Source: Parapedobacter defluvii
Lineage (GTDB): Bacteria; Bacteroidota; Bacteroidia; Sphingobacteriales; Sphingobacteriaceae
DNA: 64,000 bases
NCBI GenBank assembly: GCA_040392005.1
Contig: JBEBWT010000003.1
Location: forward strand, 33,481 to 97,480
Reading direction: 5' to 3'
Positions 29,294 to 38,338 of the stretch are shown piece by piece; positions within the stretch are counted from its first letter, which is position 1; every line of letters starts with the position of its first letter. The translations under genes and the position numbers were made by a program. Below the pieces are notes generated by a model that saw only the letters and a list, made by a program, of their open reading frames with translations, was not told the origin of the DNA and did no database searches.

Positions 29294-30439
29294 TTATATA
29301 ATTGAGTCCGCTTTCTGGCGGAACGTATTGTACTTAAATAATAAAACCAAACGCAAAGATAAATCTAAAAACAATAACTTGGCGTTGGCATTGCGTTCTA
29401 TATGAAAAATTGACTCTTCCAGCAAGTCAATCATGGCTTCAATCTGTTCCAGGGCGTAATTTGCCGAAAATTTTTCTACAAAATTTTTTGCCCGGCCGGA
29501 AATTGGCTGAATAGCACCCACCCCTGACTTTTCCAGTACCGCTGCCCGCATCATGGATAGGGTGTAGCGCAGAAAGCTCTTCTGATTTTCCCTGCCGAGG
29601 CCAGCCAGCTCCGCTTCGCAACAGGCGATCATGGATTTCCCCGAATCCGTCACACAATAGCGCAGCCACTGTACCATCAATTCAAAGAAGGGCTCCTCCA
29701 ATTCCTCCGCAAAACGCCGGGCCTGTGCCATGTTGCCGTCACTCATCAGGGCTATTTCCTCCACCTGACTGGCCTTCAGATCGAAATGTCTATTCAGATA
29801 AGCGGCTATGTCCTGAGCAGTATAGGGCCTGATCTTGACCAGTTGGGTCCGGGAAAGGATGGTGGTCAGGATCCGGTCCGTGTTTTCGGAAACCAGCAGG
29901 AACAGGGTCTTTTCAGGCGGCTCCTCGATCAGTTTGAGCAAGGCATTACCCTGTTTGTCCAGGTATTCGGGCAGCCACATGATCAGTACCTTATATTCTG
30001 CTTCGAAAGCTTTCAGACTCAGTTTTTTGATAATGTCATGAGCCTCAGCGATATTGATATTGGCCTGTTTGTTTTCCACCTCCGAATGGGCACGCCAGTC
30101 GTCCATGCCCAGATAGGGATTCTTTTGCAGTGCTTCCCGCCAGGTCTGCACAAAGGTCGCCGCCGTATCATCCTTGTGTTTTGCAAAAAAGGGGTAGGAA
30201 AAATGCAGATCGGGGTGTATATATTTATGGTACTTCCTGCAATTGGCACATTCCCCGCAACTATCCTCTGCACTCCGGTTGGTACAATTGAGGTATTGGG
30301 CATAGGCAATGGCCAGCGTCAGTCCCCCGTTCCCCTCCGGGCCGGAAAAAAGCTGTGCATGACTCACCCGGTTCTCACGAACGGTTCCGATCAATTGGCT
30401 TTTGCTATTTTCTTGTCCCTGAATATCCTTAAACTGCAT
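29294..30439 (-). CDS. holB: DNA polymerase III subunit delta'
   Basis: It has HAQLFSGPEGNGGLTLAIAYAQYLNC, a CxxCxxC zinc module (CGECANCRK), and LIEEPP...ILSRTQ. The likely start is MQFKDIQGQ at 30439; the track ORF begins 26 codons upstream. Confidence 0.8.
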   Translation of the reverse strand: MQFKDIQGQENSKSQLIGTVRENRVSHAQLFSGPEGNGGLTLAIAYAQYLNCTNRSAEDSCGECANCRKYHKYIHPDLHFSYPFFAKHKDDTAATFVQTWREALQKNPYLGMDDWRAHSEVENKQANINIAEAHDIIKKLSLKAFEAEYKVLIMWLPEYLDKQGNALLKLIEEPPEKTLFLLVSENTDRILTTILSRTQLVKIRPYTAQDIAAYLNRHFDLKASQVEEIALMSDGNMAQARRFAEELEEPFFELMVQWLRYCVTDSGKSMIACCEAELAGLGRENQKSFLRYTLSMMRAAVLEKSGVGAIQPISGRAKNFVEKFSANYALEQIEAMIDLLEESIFHIERNANAKLLFLDLSLRLVLLFKYNTFRQKADSII

Positions 30440-30840
30440 GCCGGATTTCTTGTTGTGTAAACAGCAAATATAAGGGATACGTGGCAGAATGTCCGCATGA
30501 GATTTTTTCTTTATCAATCTGAGATTTTTTCTTTGGAAGTTCTTTGGAGGATGGAGAAGTTTTGTCTATCTTTAGCGAGCCAATTAATGTGACCTGAATT
30601 ACAATCCGGGTTATCGTGCATTATCAATCAGGAAGGGTTTTTTCCAGCATTTATGGATTCGTCCAACAGGGTTTTGGCTCTCTGATCCGGGTAATGTGCA
30701 AAAATTATCTGAGCCGGTTCCACAGAGGTTCCAAAACAGTTTTTTACATTGTAATTCACTCATAGATTGGCAGTTAAATATTATTTTGTTTTTTTATTTT
30801 TTAGGTGATTTTTTTTTGTCATCTTCGTTTTGAGGAAAAG

Positions 30841-30849
30841 TTATCCACA
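30841..30849 (+). promoter_or_regulatory. perfect consensus DnaA box (TTATCCACA)
   Basis: An exact TTATCCACA lies 45 nt upstream of the dnaA ATG, directly after a T-rich tract (30775-30830). Confidence 0.6.
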
Positions 30850-30893
30850 TTTTTTAGTCAATCACTGGGAATCAATTTATTAAGAAATATCGA

Positions 30894-32321
30894 ATGGAAA
30901 AAACGAGTGTCAGTGTATGGAATAATTGTCTTCAGATCATAAAAGACAACATTCCGGCACAGAGTTACAAGACATGGTTTGAGCCTGTGAAGGCGGTGAG
31001 ATTGGAAGGCAACGTTTTGACTATTCAGGTACCAAGTTTGTTTTTTTACGAATGGCTGGAGGAGCATTATGTGGGGCTCCTGCGCAAAACCATCAAAAAG
31101 CAACTGGGTGAAAATGGTCGTCTGGAATATAATATTGTGGTGGAAAAATCTTCTACCAGCAATCCATATACGACTAACATTCCTTCCAACGGAAACGGGG
31201 CAGAAGGGAAGAAACAATCTATGCCCATTCCCGTATCCCTTAATAAAGACATCAAGAATCCTTTTGTGATCCCCGGGCTCAAGAAACTGCAGGTGGATCC
31301 GCAACTCAACCAAAATTACACTTTTGACAATTTTATTGAAGGAGAATGCAACCGGCTGGCCCGTTCCGCCGGTTATGCCGTGGCTGGTCGTCCCGGAGGC
31401 ACTTCGTTCAACCCGCTGATGGTCTATGGTGGGGTGGGGCTCGGTAAAACCCACCTGGTGCAGGCGATCGGCAATGAGATCAAACAGAAACATCCTGACA
31501 AGCTGGTCATTTATGTGGCATGCGAGAAATTCTGCCAGCAGTTTGTGGATTCTCTGAAAAACAATACGATCAACGATTTTGTTAATTTCTATCAGGCAAT
31601 GGATGTGATCATCATGGATGATATCCACAATTTTGCCGGAAAGGAAAAGACACAGGATATATTTTTCCATGTTTTCAATCACCTGCATCAGTCCGAGAAG
31701 CAGATTATCCTGACTGCCGACAAACCGCCAAAGGATCTGGCCGGACTGGAAGAACGGCTGCTGAGCCGTTTTAAATGGGGGCTCTCAGCCGATATCCAGG
31801 CACCGGATCTGGAAACCCGCATGGCCATTCTCCAGAAGAAAATGTACAGTGACGGGATCGAACTGCCCGGGGACGTTATCGAATACGTGGCCGAACAGAT
31901 CGACAACAGTGTGCGCGAACTGGAGGGAGCGATGGTTTCCCTGCTGGCACAGGCGACCCTCAATAAAAAGGAAGTCGATCTGAACCTGGCCAAATCCATG
32001 CTGAAGAATTTCATCAAGAATTCGACCAAGGAAATCTCGATGGACTATATACAGAAGCTGGTCTGTGATTACTTTGAGGTGCCGGTGGAAATGGTCAAAT
32101 CCAAAATCCGCAAACGGGAAATCGTGCAGGCCCGGCAGATCTCCATGTACCTGGCAAAAAACCACACCAAGACCTCGCTCAAATCCATAGGTGCCTTTTT
32201 CGGGGGGCGGGATCATTCAACCGTGATCTATGCCTGCCAGACTGTTGAGGACCTGATCGAAACTGACAAAAAGTTCAAAACCTACGTTCAGGACATCCAA
32301 AAGAAACTGCGCAATAACTGA
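30894..32321 (+). CDS. dnaA: chromosomal replication initiator protein DnaA
   Basis: 475-aa ORF with FNPLMVYGGVGLGKTHL (Walker A), IIMDDIH, and the C-terminal DNA-binding GGRDHSTVIYA. Confidence 0.97.
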   Translation: MEKTSVSVWNNCLQIIKDNIPAQSYKTWFEPVKAVRLEGNVLTIQVPSLFFYEWLEEHYVGLLRKTIKKQLGENGRLEYNIVVEKSSTSNPYTTNIPSNGNGAEGKKQSMPIPVSLNKDIKNPFVIPGLKKLQVDPQLNQNYTFDNFIEGECNRLARSAGYAVAGRPGGTSFNPLMVYGGVGLGKTHLVQAIGNEIKQKHPDKLVIYVACEKFCQQFVDSLKNNTINDFVNFYQAMDVIIMDDIHNFAGKEKTQDIFFHVFNHLHQSEKQIILTADKPPKDLAGLEERLLSRFKWGLSADIQAPDLETRMAILQKKMYSDGIELPGDVIEYVAEQIDNSVRELEGAMVSLLAQATLNKKEVDLNLAKSMLKNFIKNSTKEISMDYIQKLVCDYFEVPVEMVKSKIRKREIVQARQISMYLAKNHTKTSLKSIGAFFGGRDHSTVIYACQTVEDLIETDKKFKTYVQDIQKKLRNN

Positions 32322-32434
32322 GGCTGGTCCGCTGCAAAATAAGAATTGAAATCAATCTAATTAATGATCATCGTCATGGCATCATGATGTGACATGCTGT
32401 TCCTTTGTGTATATGCACATGATAGAAGGATACC

Positions 32435-34105
32435 ATGACTGATTTGGAAATCGCCCGCGGGGCGCAGATATTACCCATCAGCCTCATTGCCGAATCGCTG
32501 GGGCTGGATCAGGAAGAACTTGAGTTTTACGGTCGGTACAAGGCCAAACTTCCCCTTTCCATTATCGATCGGGAAAAAATAACACAGAGCAAGCTGGTGC
32601 TGGTATCGGCGATTTCGCCTACACCTGCGGGGGAGGGCAAGACCACCGTGTCTATTGGTTTGTCTGATGCGCTCAACCAGATCGGAAAGAAATCCATTGT
32701 TGTATTGCGGGAACCTTCCCTGGGTCCGGTTTTTGGGATCAAAGGAGGGGCCACAGGTGGAGGTAAGGCACAGTTGCTGCCGATGGAGGATATCAACCTG
32801 CATTTTACCGGTGATTTTTCGGCGGTGGAGAAGGCGCACAATCTGCTGGCTGCCCTGATAGACAATCACCTGCAAAGACAGCATAAGAGTACGCTGCAGA
32901 TCGACCCCCGCACCATTGCCTGGAAACGGGTCATGGATATGAATGACCGGGCGTTGAGGCAGGTCATTGTGGGTCTGGGAGGTCCGAATGAGGGTGTGCC
33001 CCGTCAGACCGGATTCGACATTACCGCAGCTTCGGAGATTATGGCCATTCTCTGCCTGGCGGATAGCCTGTCGGACCTCAGGCGACGCATGGGGAATATT
33101 TTCATCGGCTACACCTATGACAGGCAGCCGGTCTATGCCCGTGATCTGAAGGCTGAAGGAGCCATGGCAACCTTATTAAAGGATGCGATCAAACCCAATC
33201 TGGTGCAGACCCTGGAAGGCAATCCGGCCATTATCCACGGAGGACCCTTTGCCAACATCGCCCAGGGTACCAATACCGTGATTGCCACCCGGACGGGTAT
33301 GTCCCTGGGTGATTATACCATTACCGAGGGAGGCTTTGGTTTTGACCTGGGGGCTGAGAAATTTTACGATATCAAATGTCAGTCTGCCGGGCTACGGCCG
33401 GATGCGCTGGTCATGACCGTCACCATCCGGGCCTTGAAATATCATGGAGGAGCAAGGCTGGCCGATCTGAAACAGCCCGATGTGCCCACGCTTATCAAAG
33501 GACTGCCCAATCTGGAGAAGCATCTGGAGAATGCCCGCAAATTTGGTGTACCTCCCATTATTGCCCTCAATCGTTTTGCGACTGACAGTGAAGAGGAGAT
33601 CGCTGTGATCGAAGAATTGGGTCAGCGTATGGGTATTCCGGTTGCGGTGGCAGATGTCTGGGCAAAGGGTGGGGCCGGAGCCATTGGACTCGCTGCCGGC
33701 CTGGTCCAACTGATAGAAGAGAAAACAGCAGATTTCCGGCCCTTATACAATTGGAATTGGGACGTCCAGACCAAGATCGATACCATTGCCAGGGAGATAT
33801 ATGGTGCAGCCGAAGTCCAGTACAGCGATCGGGCCTTACAGGATCTGCGGAAGATTGAGGATTTGGGCCTGCAGGGCTTGCCGGTCTGTATCGCCAAAAC
33901 CCAAAAATCACTATCCGATGATCCGGCCCTGCTGGGACGTCCCAGCGGCTTCTCTTTCAAGATCAGGGAGATCGAAATTGCAGCCGGAGCCGGTTTTCTG
34001 ATCCCGATAGCCGGGGATATGATGCGCATGCCGGGTCTGCCGGCTAGGCCCGCTGCCCAATCCATTGATATTGATGATGACGGCAACATATCCGGGTTAT
34101 TCTGA
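32435..34105 (+). CDS. fhs: formate--tetrahydrofolate ligase
   Basis: 556-aa ORF with PTPAGEGKTT and conserved FTHFS blocks throughout. Confidence 0.95.
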   Translation: MTDLEIARGAQILPISLIAESLGLDQEELEFYGRYKAKLPLSIIDREKITQSKLVLVSAISPTPAGEGKTTVSIGLSDALNQIGKKSIVVLREPSLGPVFGIKGGATGGGKAQLLPMEDINLHFTGDFSAVEKAHNLLAALIDNHLQRQHKSTLQIDPRTIAWKRVMDMNDRALRQVIVGLGGPNEGVPRQTGFDITAASEIMAILCLADSLSDLRRRMGNIFIGYTYDRQPVYARDLKAEGAMATLLKDAIKPNLVQTLEGNPAIIHGGPFANIAQGTNTVIATRTGMSLGDYTITEGGFGFDLGAEKFYDIKCQSAGLRPDALVMTVTIRALKYHGGARLADLKQPDVPTLIKGLPNLEKHLENARKFGVPPIIALNRFATDSEEEIAVIEELGQRMGIPVAVADVWAKGGAGAIGLAAGLVQLIEEKTADFRPLYNWNWDVQTKIDTIAREIYGAAEVQYSDRALQDLRKIEDLGLQGLPVCIAKTQKSLSDDPALLGRPSGFSFKIREIEIAAGAGFLIPIAGDMMRMPGLPARPAAQSIDIDDDGNISGLF

Positions 34106-34137
34106 TTTGCTAATGCAATATTGATGCATTATCTTTG
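34106..34137 (+). promoter_or_regulatory. candidate Bacteroidota sigma-A promoter (TTTG-N20-TATCTTTG)
   Basis: TTTG at 34106-34109 and TATCTTTG at 34130-34137, about 45 nt upstream of the 34181 ORF. Confidence 0.35.
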
Positions 34138-34180
34138 GGACATAAATTATTGGCCGGAATAAGCCTGATACGATAGACCC

Positions 34181-35074
34181 ATGAGAAATCCAATAGCATA
34201 CTTTATTCCTTTTATACTGATCATTATTCTTCTGGCCTCCTGCTATTCGAATAGACAGGTCACGACCCCCGCATTCTCTGTCGGAGATACGACGGGTAAA
34301 CGGTCTGTTCCGCCGGTGGATCCGTTAACCCGGAAACTGATCGACTCCATTTTGCAGGCCGGTCTGGATACTGAGGCCCTATATACCATGTTTGCCGGCA
34401 TTAAGCCGATGAGCAGCCTCGTATCTTTCACGTATCCCCTGGCTGATACGGCCAATGCGAAGCAGCAGAGCGGGAATATCCTGGATAAGGATCATCAACC
34501 ATATCTGGATTCTTTATATGCGATCCAGCAGGCTTTGAATACCTTGGATCTGCCGGACCTGAAGTTTGTCCTAACCCCCTATCGCAGGACTTATAACGGA
34601 AACAGGCACATTCAGATCAACGTGATACGGATCAGTCTGCTGGATAGTCTGTTAAGAGCTGAGCAGAATTTTTTTGGCCACTTTGGGCTGGTACCGGCTG
34701 CAGATCCGGGTGTTGTCCTCAATACCATCGAATATGAGGAAACTTATAAGCGGTGGAGGGGCTACGGTTACCTTTTTGGCTATCCGCCGTATGCGGTTGA
34801 TTTTTTTGTAGAAGCCGGTTATGAGACAGATATCAGCGGTCAATTTGTAGCGCGTGATTTTTTTGCCATCCCTGTACACGTCCGGCAGGATGGCCATTTT
34901 GTATATGCTACTCCCAAAGGGTACCTTCCCCGCAGGGACCCTGATTCGGTTTTGTATTTCCGTGCGCTCTCTGCCCTGAATGAATACCGTGCACTCCGAT
35001 CACATTATCTGAATGCGGACAGCAGCCTGCAGGCTTACAGATTGTTGTCGGATTTTCTTTCAGATCATCGATAA
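34181..35074 (+). CDS. hypothetical lipoprotein, unknown function
   Basis: 297-aa ORF with a signal/lipobox (ILLASCYSN). I recognise no family. Notable motif: RWRGYGYLFGYPPYAVDFFVEAG. Confidence 0.55.
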   Translation: MRNPIAYFIPFILIIILLASCYSNRQVTTPAFSVGDTTGKRSVPPVDPLTRKLIDSILQAGLDTEALYTMFAGIKPMSSLVSFTYPLADTANAKQQSGNILDKDHQPYLDSLYAIQQALNTLDLPDLKFVLTPYRRTYNGNRHIQINVIRISLLDSLLRAEQNFFGHFGLVPAADPGVVLNTIEYEETYKRWRGYGYLFGYPPYAVDFFVEAGYETDISGQFVARDFFAIPVHVRQDGHFVYATPKGYLPRRDPDSVLYFRALSALNEYRALRSHYLNADSSLQAYRLLSDFLSDHR

Positions 35075-35138
35075 TATTGATTCCGAAGGTCATTTTCATG
35101 ATTTTTTGAATTTATTTGAAAAAATAATCCACTAACTA

Positions 35139-35169
35139 TTTGATAGTTAATGGAAGTTTTCTATCTTTG
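35139..35169 (+). promoter_or_regulatory. candidate promoter of the ribosomal-protein cluster (TTTG-N19-TATCTTTG)
   Basis: TTTG at 35139-35142 and TATCTTTG at 35162-35169, 76 nt upstream of rplC. A small hairpin CGAAGC/GCTTCG (35201-35218) sits in the leader. Confidence 0.4.
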
Positions 35170-35244
35170 CCGTCCCTTAATGGGAATGGTATGTCTTGAA
35201 CGAAGCCCTACTGCTTCGATGGACAATTAAATTTTATTAACAAC

Positions 35245-35862
35245 ATGTCAGGAATTATTGGAAAAAAAGTAGGAATGACCAGCATTTTTGATGCGGAAGG
35301 GAAGAATATCCCCTGTACCGTAATCGAAGCTGGCCCGTGCGTGGTGACGCATATACGCACGGAGGAAAAGGATGGCTATTCCGCTGTTCAACTCGCTTTC
35401 GATGAGAAGAAAGAGAAGAACACTACGGCACCTTTGAAGGGGCATTTTGCGAAAGCAAATACAACGCCCAAGCGTAAATTGGTAGAATTCAAAACATTTC
35501 CGGATCAAAAATCTCTTGGTGACACGGTGGATGTCACCCTTTTCGAGGAAGGCGATTACATTGATGTAGTCGGTACTTCTAAAGGAAAAGGTTTCCAGGG
35601 TGTCATGAAGCGCCATGGTTTTGGTGGTGTCGGTGGGGCTACCCACGGTCAGCACAACCGGCTGCGTGCGCCAGGTTCACTGGGAGCGTCTTCGTGGCCT
35701 TCCCGTGTATTCAAGGGAATGCGTATGGCTGGCCGTACGGGAGGAGATCGGGTGAAAGTTCAGAACCTGCAGGTCCTGAAAGTTTATGCAGATCAGAACC
35801 TGTTGGTAGTGAGTGGTTCCGTTCCAGGAGCCAAGGGGTCTTACGTAATCATAGACAAATAA
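35245..35862 (+). CDS. rplC: 50S ribosomal protein L3
   Basis: 205 aa. [15 protein letters not shown]...[12 protein letters not shown] is typical of L3. Confidence 0.97.
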   Translation: MSGIIGKKVGMTSIFDAEGKNIPCTVIEAGPCVVTHIRTEEKDGYSAVQLAFDEKKEKNTTAPLKGHFAKANTTPKRKLVEFKTFPDQKSLGDTVDVTLFEEGDYIDVVGTSKGKGFQGVMKRHGFGGVGGATHGQHNRLRAPGSLGASSWPSRVFKGMRMAGRTGGDRVKVQNLQVLKVYADQNLLVVSGSVPGAKGSYVIIDK

Positions 35863-35866
35863 GAAA

Positions 35867-36496
35867 ATGGAAGTTAAAGTTTTAGATATATCAGGAAAAG
35901 AAACAGGTGCCAAGGTGCAACTGCCTGATTCGGTGTTTGGGGTAGTGCCTAACGACCATGCGATTTATTTGGATGTGAAACAATACCTGGCCAACCAACG
36001 TCAGGGAACGCACAAAGCCAAGCAACGGAACGAGATCGCAGGATCTACGCGTAAGCTGCACAAGCAAAAAGGTACCGGTGGTGCCCGTGCAGGTAGCATC
36101 AAGTCTCCGTTGTTCAATGGGGGAGGACGCGTATTCGGTCCGCAACCACGGGATTACAGTTTCAAGCTGAACAAAAAGCTGAAAGTAGTGGCCCGTAAGT
36201 CCGCACTGAGCTATAAAGCAAAGGAAAACAACATCCTGGTGCTGGACAAGGTGGAGTTTGACTCGATCAAAACCAAGCAGTATGTTCAATTGATCAACAG
36301 CCTGAATGTGGCTGATGAAAAAACCCTGCTCGTACTGCCGGCATCTAATAGTAATGTTTATTTATCAAGCAGGAATCTTCCGAAAACAAAAGTGACCACC
36401 GTGGATCAGTTGAACACCTATGATGTGTTGAACGCCGGTAAACTACTGTTGACGTCTGATTCTGTCAAAACATTGGAGGAGGCATTTGCCAAATAA
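35867..36496 (+). CDS. rplD: 50S ribosomal protein L4
   Basis: 209 aa with KQKGTGGARAGSIKSPLFNGGGRVFGP. Confidence 0.95.
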   Translation: MEVKVLDISGKETGAKVQLPDSVFGVVPNDHAIYLDVKQYLANQRQGTHKAKQRNEIAGSTRKLHKQKGTGGARAGSIKSPLFNGGGRVFGPQPRDYSFKLNKKLKVVARKSALSYKAKENNILVLDKVEFDSIKTKQYVQLINSLNVADEKTLLVLPASNSNVYLSSRNLPKTKVTTVDQLNTYDVLNAGKLLLTSDSVKTLEEAFAK

Positions 36497-36497
36497 T

Positions 36498-36788
36498 ATG
36501 GAGATCATACACAAACCAGTATTGACAGAGAAAGCATCCTTATTGACGGAAAAATTGAACCGTTATGCTTTCAAGGTAGATCATAGGGCAAATAAAATCC
36601 AGATCAAATCCGCAGTCGAAGAAATGTTCGGTGTGACCGTGGTTGCTGTGAATACAGCAGTCGTGGCCGGAAAGGCCAAAAGCCGTTACACGAAAGCAGG
36701 ATTTGTTTCCGGACGCAGCCCCAAGTATAAGAAGGCCATCGTGACAATCAAAGATGGTGAAACTATTGACTTTTACAGTACTATATAA
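36498..36788 (+). CDS. rplW: 50S ribosomal protein L23
   Basis: I prefer ATG 36498 (MEIIHKPVLTEKAS) over the track's TTG 36486, which overlaps the rplD stop. Confidence 0.93.
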   Translation: MEIIHKPVLTEKASLLTEKLNRYAFKVDHRANKIQIKSAVEEMFGVTVVAVNTAVVAGKAKSRYTKAGFVSGRSPKYKKAIVTIKDGETIDFYSTI

Positions 36789-36794
36789 TAAGAA

Positions 36795-37619
36795 ATGGCA
36801 GTTAAAAGATTCAAACCGGTAACCCCTGGTACACGCTTCAGAATTGGAGCGGATTACTCAGATGTGACGACCAACGTCCCTGAGAAATCATTGGTCGTAA
36901 AGATCAAGAAGTCAGGCGGTCGTAATAATTCCGGTAAAATGACTATGCGTTATCTCGGTGGCGGGCACAAAAAAGCATACCGATTGATTGATTTTAAACG
37001 CGATAAAAAAGATATTCCCGCAACAGTTGCCAGCATTGAGTACGATCCAAACCGTTCAGCACGTATTGCATTATTGCATTATGCAGACGGTGAGAAACGT
37101 TACATCATTGCGCCCGAAGGCCTGATAGTTGGACAGACCGTTGTTGCAGGAGAAAGTGTAGCCCCCGAAGTTGGAAATGCGCTTCCTTTGAAGAGCATCC
37201 CACTTGGATCCATTATCCACAACATCGAGTTGAATCCGGGTCAGGGTGGTTCCATCGCACGGAGTGCAGGTACTTATGCCCAGCTTTCGGCACGGGACGG
37301 TAAGTATGCGATCATCAAATTGCCTTCCGGCGAAACAAGGATGATCCTGCTGACCTGTATTGCTACCATCGGATCGGTTTCCAATGCGGAACGTTCGATC
37401 CAGGTATTGGGTAAAGCCGGTCGCAATCGCTGGTTGGGCCGTCGTCCACGCGTACGTGGTGTGGCCATGAACCCGGTCGATCACCCGATGGGTGGTGGTG
37501 AAGGCCGCGCTTCCGGAGGACATCCGCGCTCACGGAACGGTGTGTTGGCGAAAGGCTACAAAACACGCTATAAGAAGAAAACATCAAATCGTTACATCAT
37601 TGAGAGAAGGAAAAAATAA
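36795..37619 (+). CDS. rplB: 50S ribosomal protein L2
   Basis: 274 aa with [17 protein letters not shown]. Confidence 0.97.
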   Translation: MAVKRFKPVTPGTRFRIGADYSDVTTNVPEKSLVVKIKKSGGRNNSGKMTMRYLGGGHKKAYRLIDFKRDKKDIPATVASIEYDPNRSARIALLHYADGEKRYIIAPEGLIVGQTVVAGESVAPEVGNALPLKSIPLGSIIHNIELNPGQGGSIARSAGTYAQLSARDGKYAIIKLPSGETRMILLTCIATIGSVSNAERSIQVLGKAGRNRWLGRRPRVRGVAMNPVDHPMGGGEGRASGGHPRSRNGVLAKGYKTRYKKKTSNRYIIERRKK

Positions 37620-37885
37620 TGGCTCGTTCAATTAAAAAAGGTCCTTATATCGATCACAACTTAGAAAGAAAAGTTCTTTCTATGAATGAAGCAAACAAGA
37701 AAACAGTCGTGAAAACCTGGTCGAGAAGATCGGTTATTTCCCCTGATTTTGTTGGTCATACCTTCGCTGTACACAATGGAAATAAGTTTATTCCGGTATA
37801 TGTAACGGAAAACATGGTAGGACATAAGCTTGGTGAATTTGCGCCTACGCGCACTTTCAGAGGCCACGCTGAAAAGAAAAAATAA
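37619..37885 (+). CDS. rpsS: 30S ribosomal protein S19
   Basis: 88 aa with [12 protein letters not shown]...[16 protein letters not shown]. Confidence 0.97.
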   Translation: MARSIKKGPYIDHNLERKVLSMNEANKKTVVKTWSRRSVISPDFVGHTFAVHNGNKFIPVYVTENMVGHKLGEFAPTRTFRGHAEKKK

Positions 37886-37891
37886 TAGGCA

Positions 37892-38329
37892 ATGGAAGCA
37901 GCAACAACAAAAGTAAAGAAGTCTGTACTCATAAAGCAGCGTAAAGAGCAGGAGAAGGCTCAGGTAGGAGGAGCTTCTACTGCCAGATTATTGAATTGCC
38001 CTACATCCCCGCGTAAAATGCGCCTGGTAGTGGATCTGATTCGTGGAGAAAAAGTCGAAAACGCACTTTATATCCTGAAACATACCAACAAGGAAGCGGC
38101 GATCCGGGTAGAAAAATTACTCCTTTCTGCGATCAATAACTGGGAAGCCAAGAATGAAGGCCAATCCGTAGAAGGCAGCGGTCTGTTCGTGAAAGAAGTA
38201 TCTGTGGGTGGTGGCCGTCAGTTGAAGCGTTTACGTCCTGCCCCGCAAGGAAGGGGTTACCGGATCCGCAAGCGTTCCAATCACGTAACCATCATCGTGG
38301 ATAGTAAAACAAACGTAGCACAAAACTAA
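37892..38329 (+). CDS. rplV: 50S ribosomal protein L22
   Basis: 145 aa with [14 protein letters not shown]...[20 protein letters not shown]. Confidence 0.95.
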   Translation: MEAATTKVKKSVLIKQRKEQEKAQVGGASTARLLNCPTSPRKMRLVVDLIRGEKVENALYILKHTNKEAAIRVEKLLLSAINNWEAKNEGQSVEGSGLFVKEVSVGGGRQLKRLRPAPQGRGYRIRKRSNHVTIIVDSKTNVAQN

Positions 38330-38338
38330 TTTATTGAA

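Noticed and set aside
27703-29301. Very long antisense ORFs opposite real genes: 532 aa opposite PSP1, 449 aa (6031-7380) opposite the helicase, 347 aa (59147-60190) opposite metG, and 308 aa (58291-59217) opposite ldcA. Also 276 aa (30858-31688) opposite dnaA, 279 aa (11237-12076) opposite atpA, 270 aa (12959-13771) opposite atpG, and 280 aa (8558-9400) opposite atpB.
   Set aside because: I checked the phase of each one. All lie in the exactly codon-aligned antisense frame, where stops can arise only from sense codons TTA, CTA and TCA. Avoidance of those three codons in highly expressed or GC-leaning genes fully explains the open frames. Their translations are low-complexity with no recognisable motifs, whereas the sense-strand products are unmistakable conserved proteins.
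30551-30770. Small ORFs in the dnaA upstream region, for example a ~50-aa minus-strand ORF starting MSELQCKKLFWNLCGTGSDNFC.
   Set aside because: It resembles no family I recognise and has no obvious promoter or start context. The region is better explained by the DNA-level repeats, which I report as a candidate origin or regulatory region.
32322-32434. THF (folate) riboswitch upstream of fhs.
   Set aside because: The spacer is only 113 nt including the promoter. It lacks the long pseudoknotted GC-rich helices expected. Only short palindromes are present, and those are reported separately at low interest.
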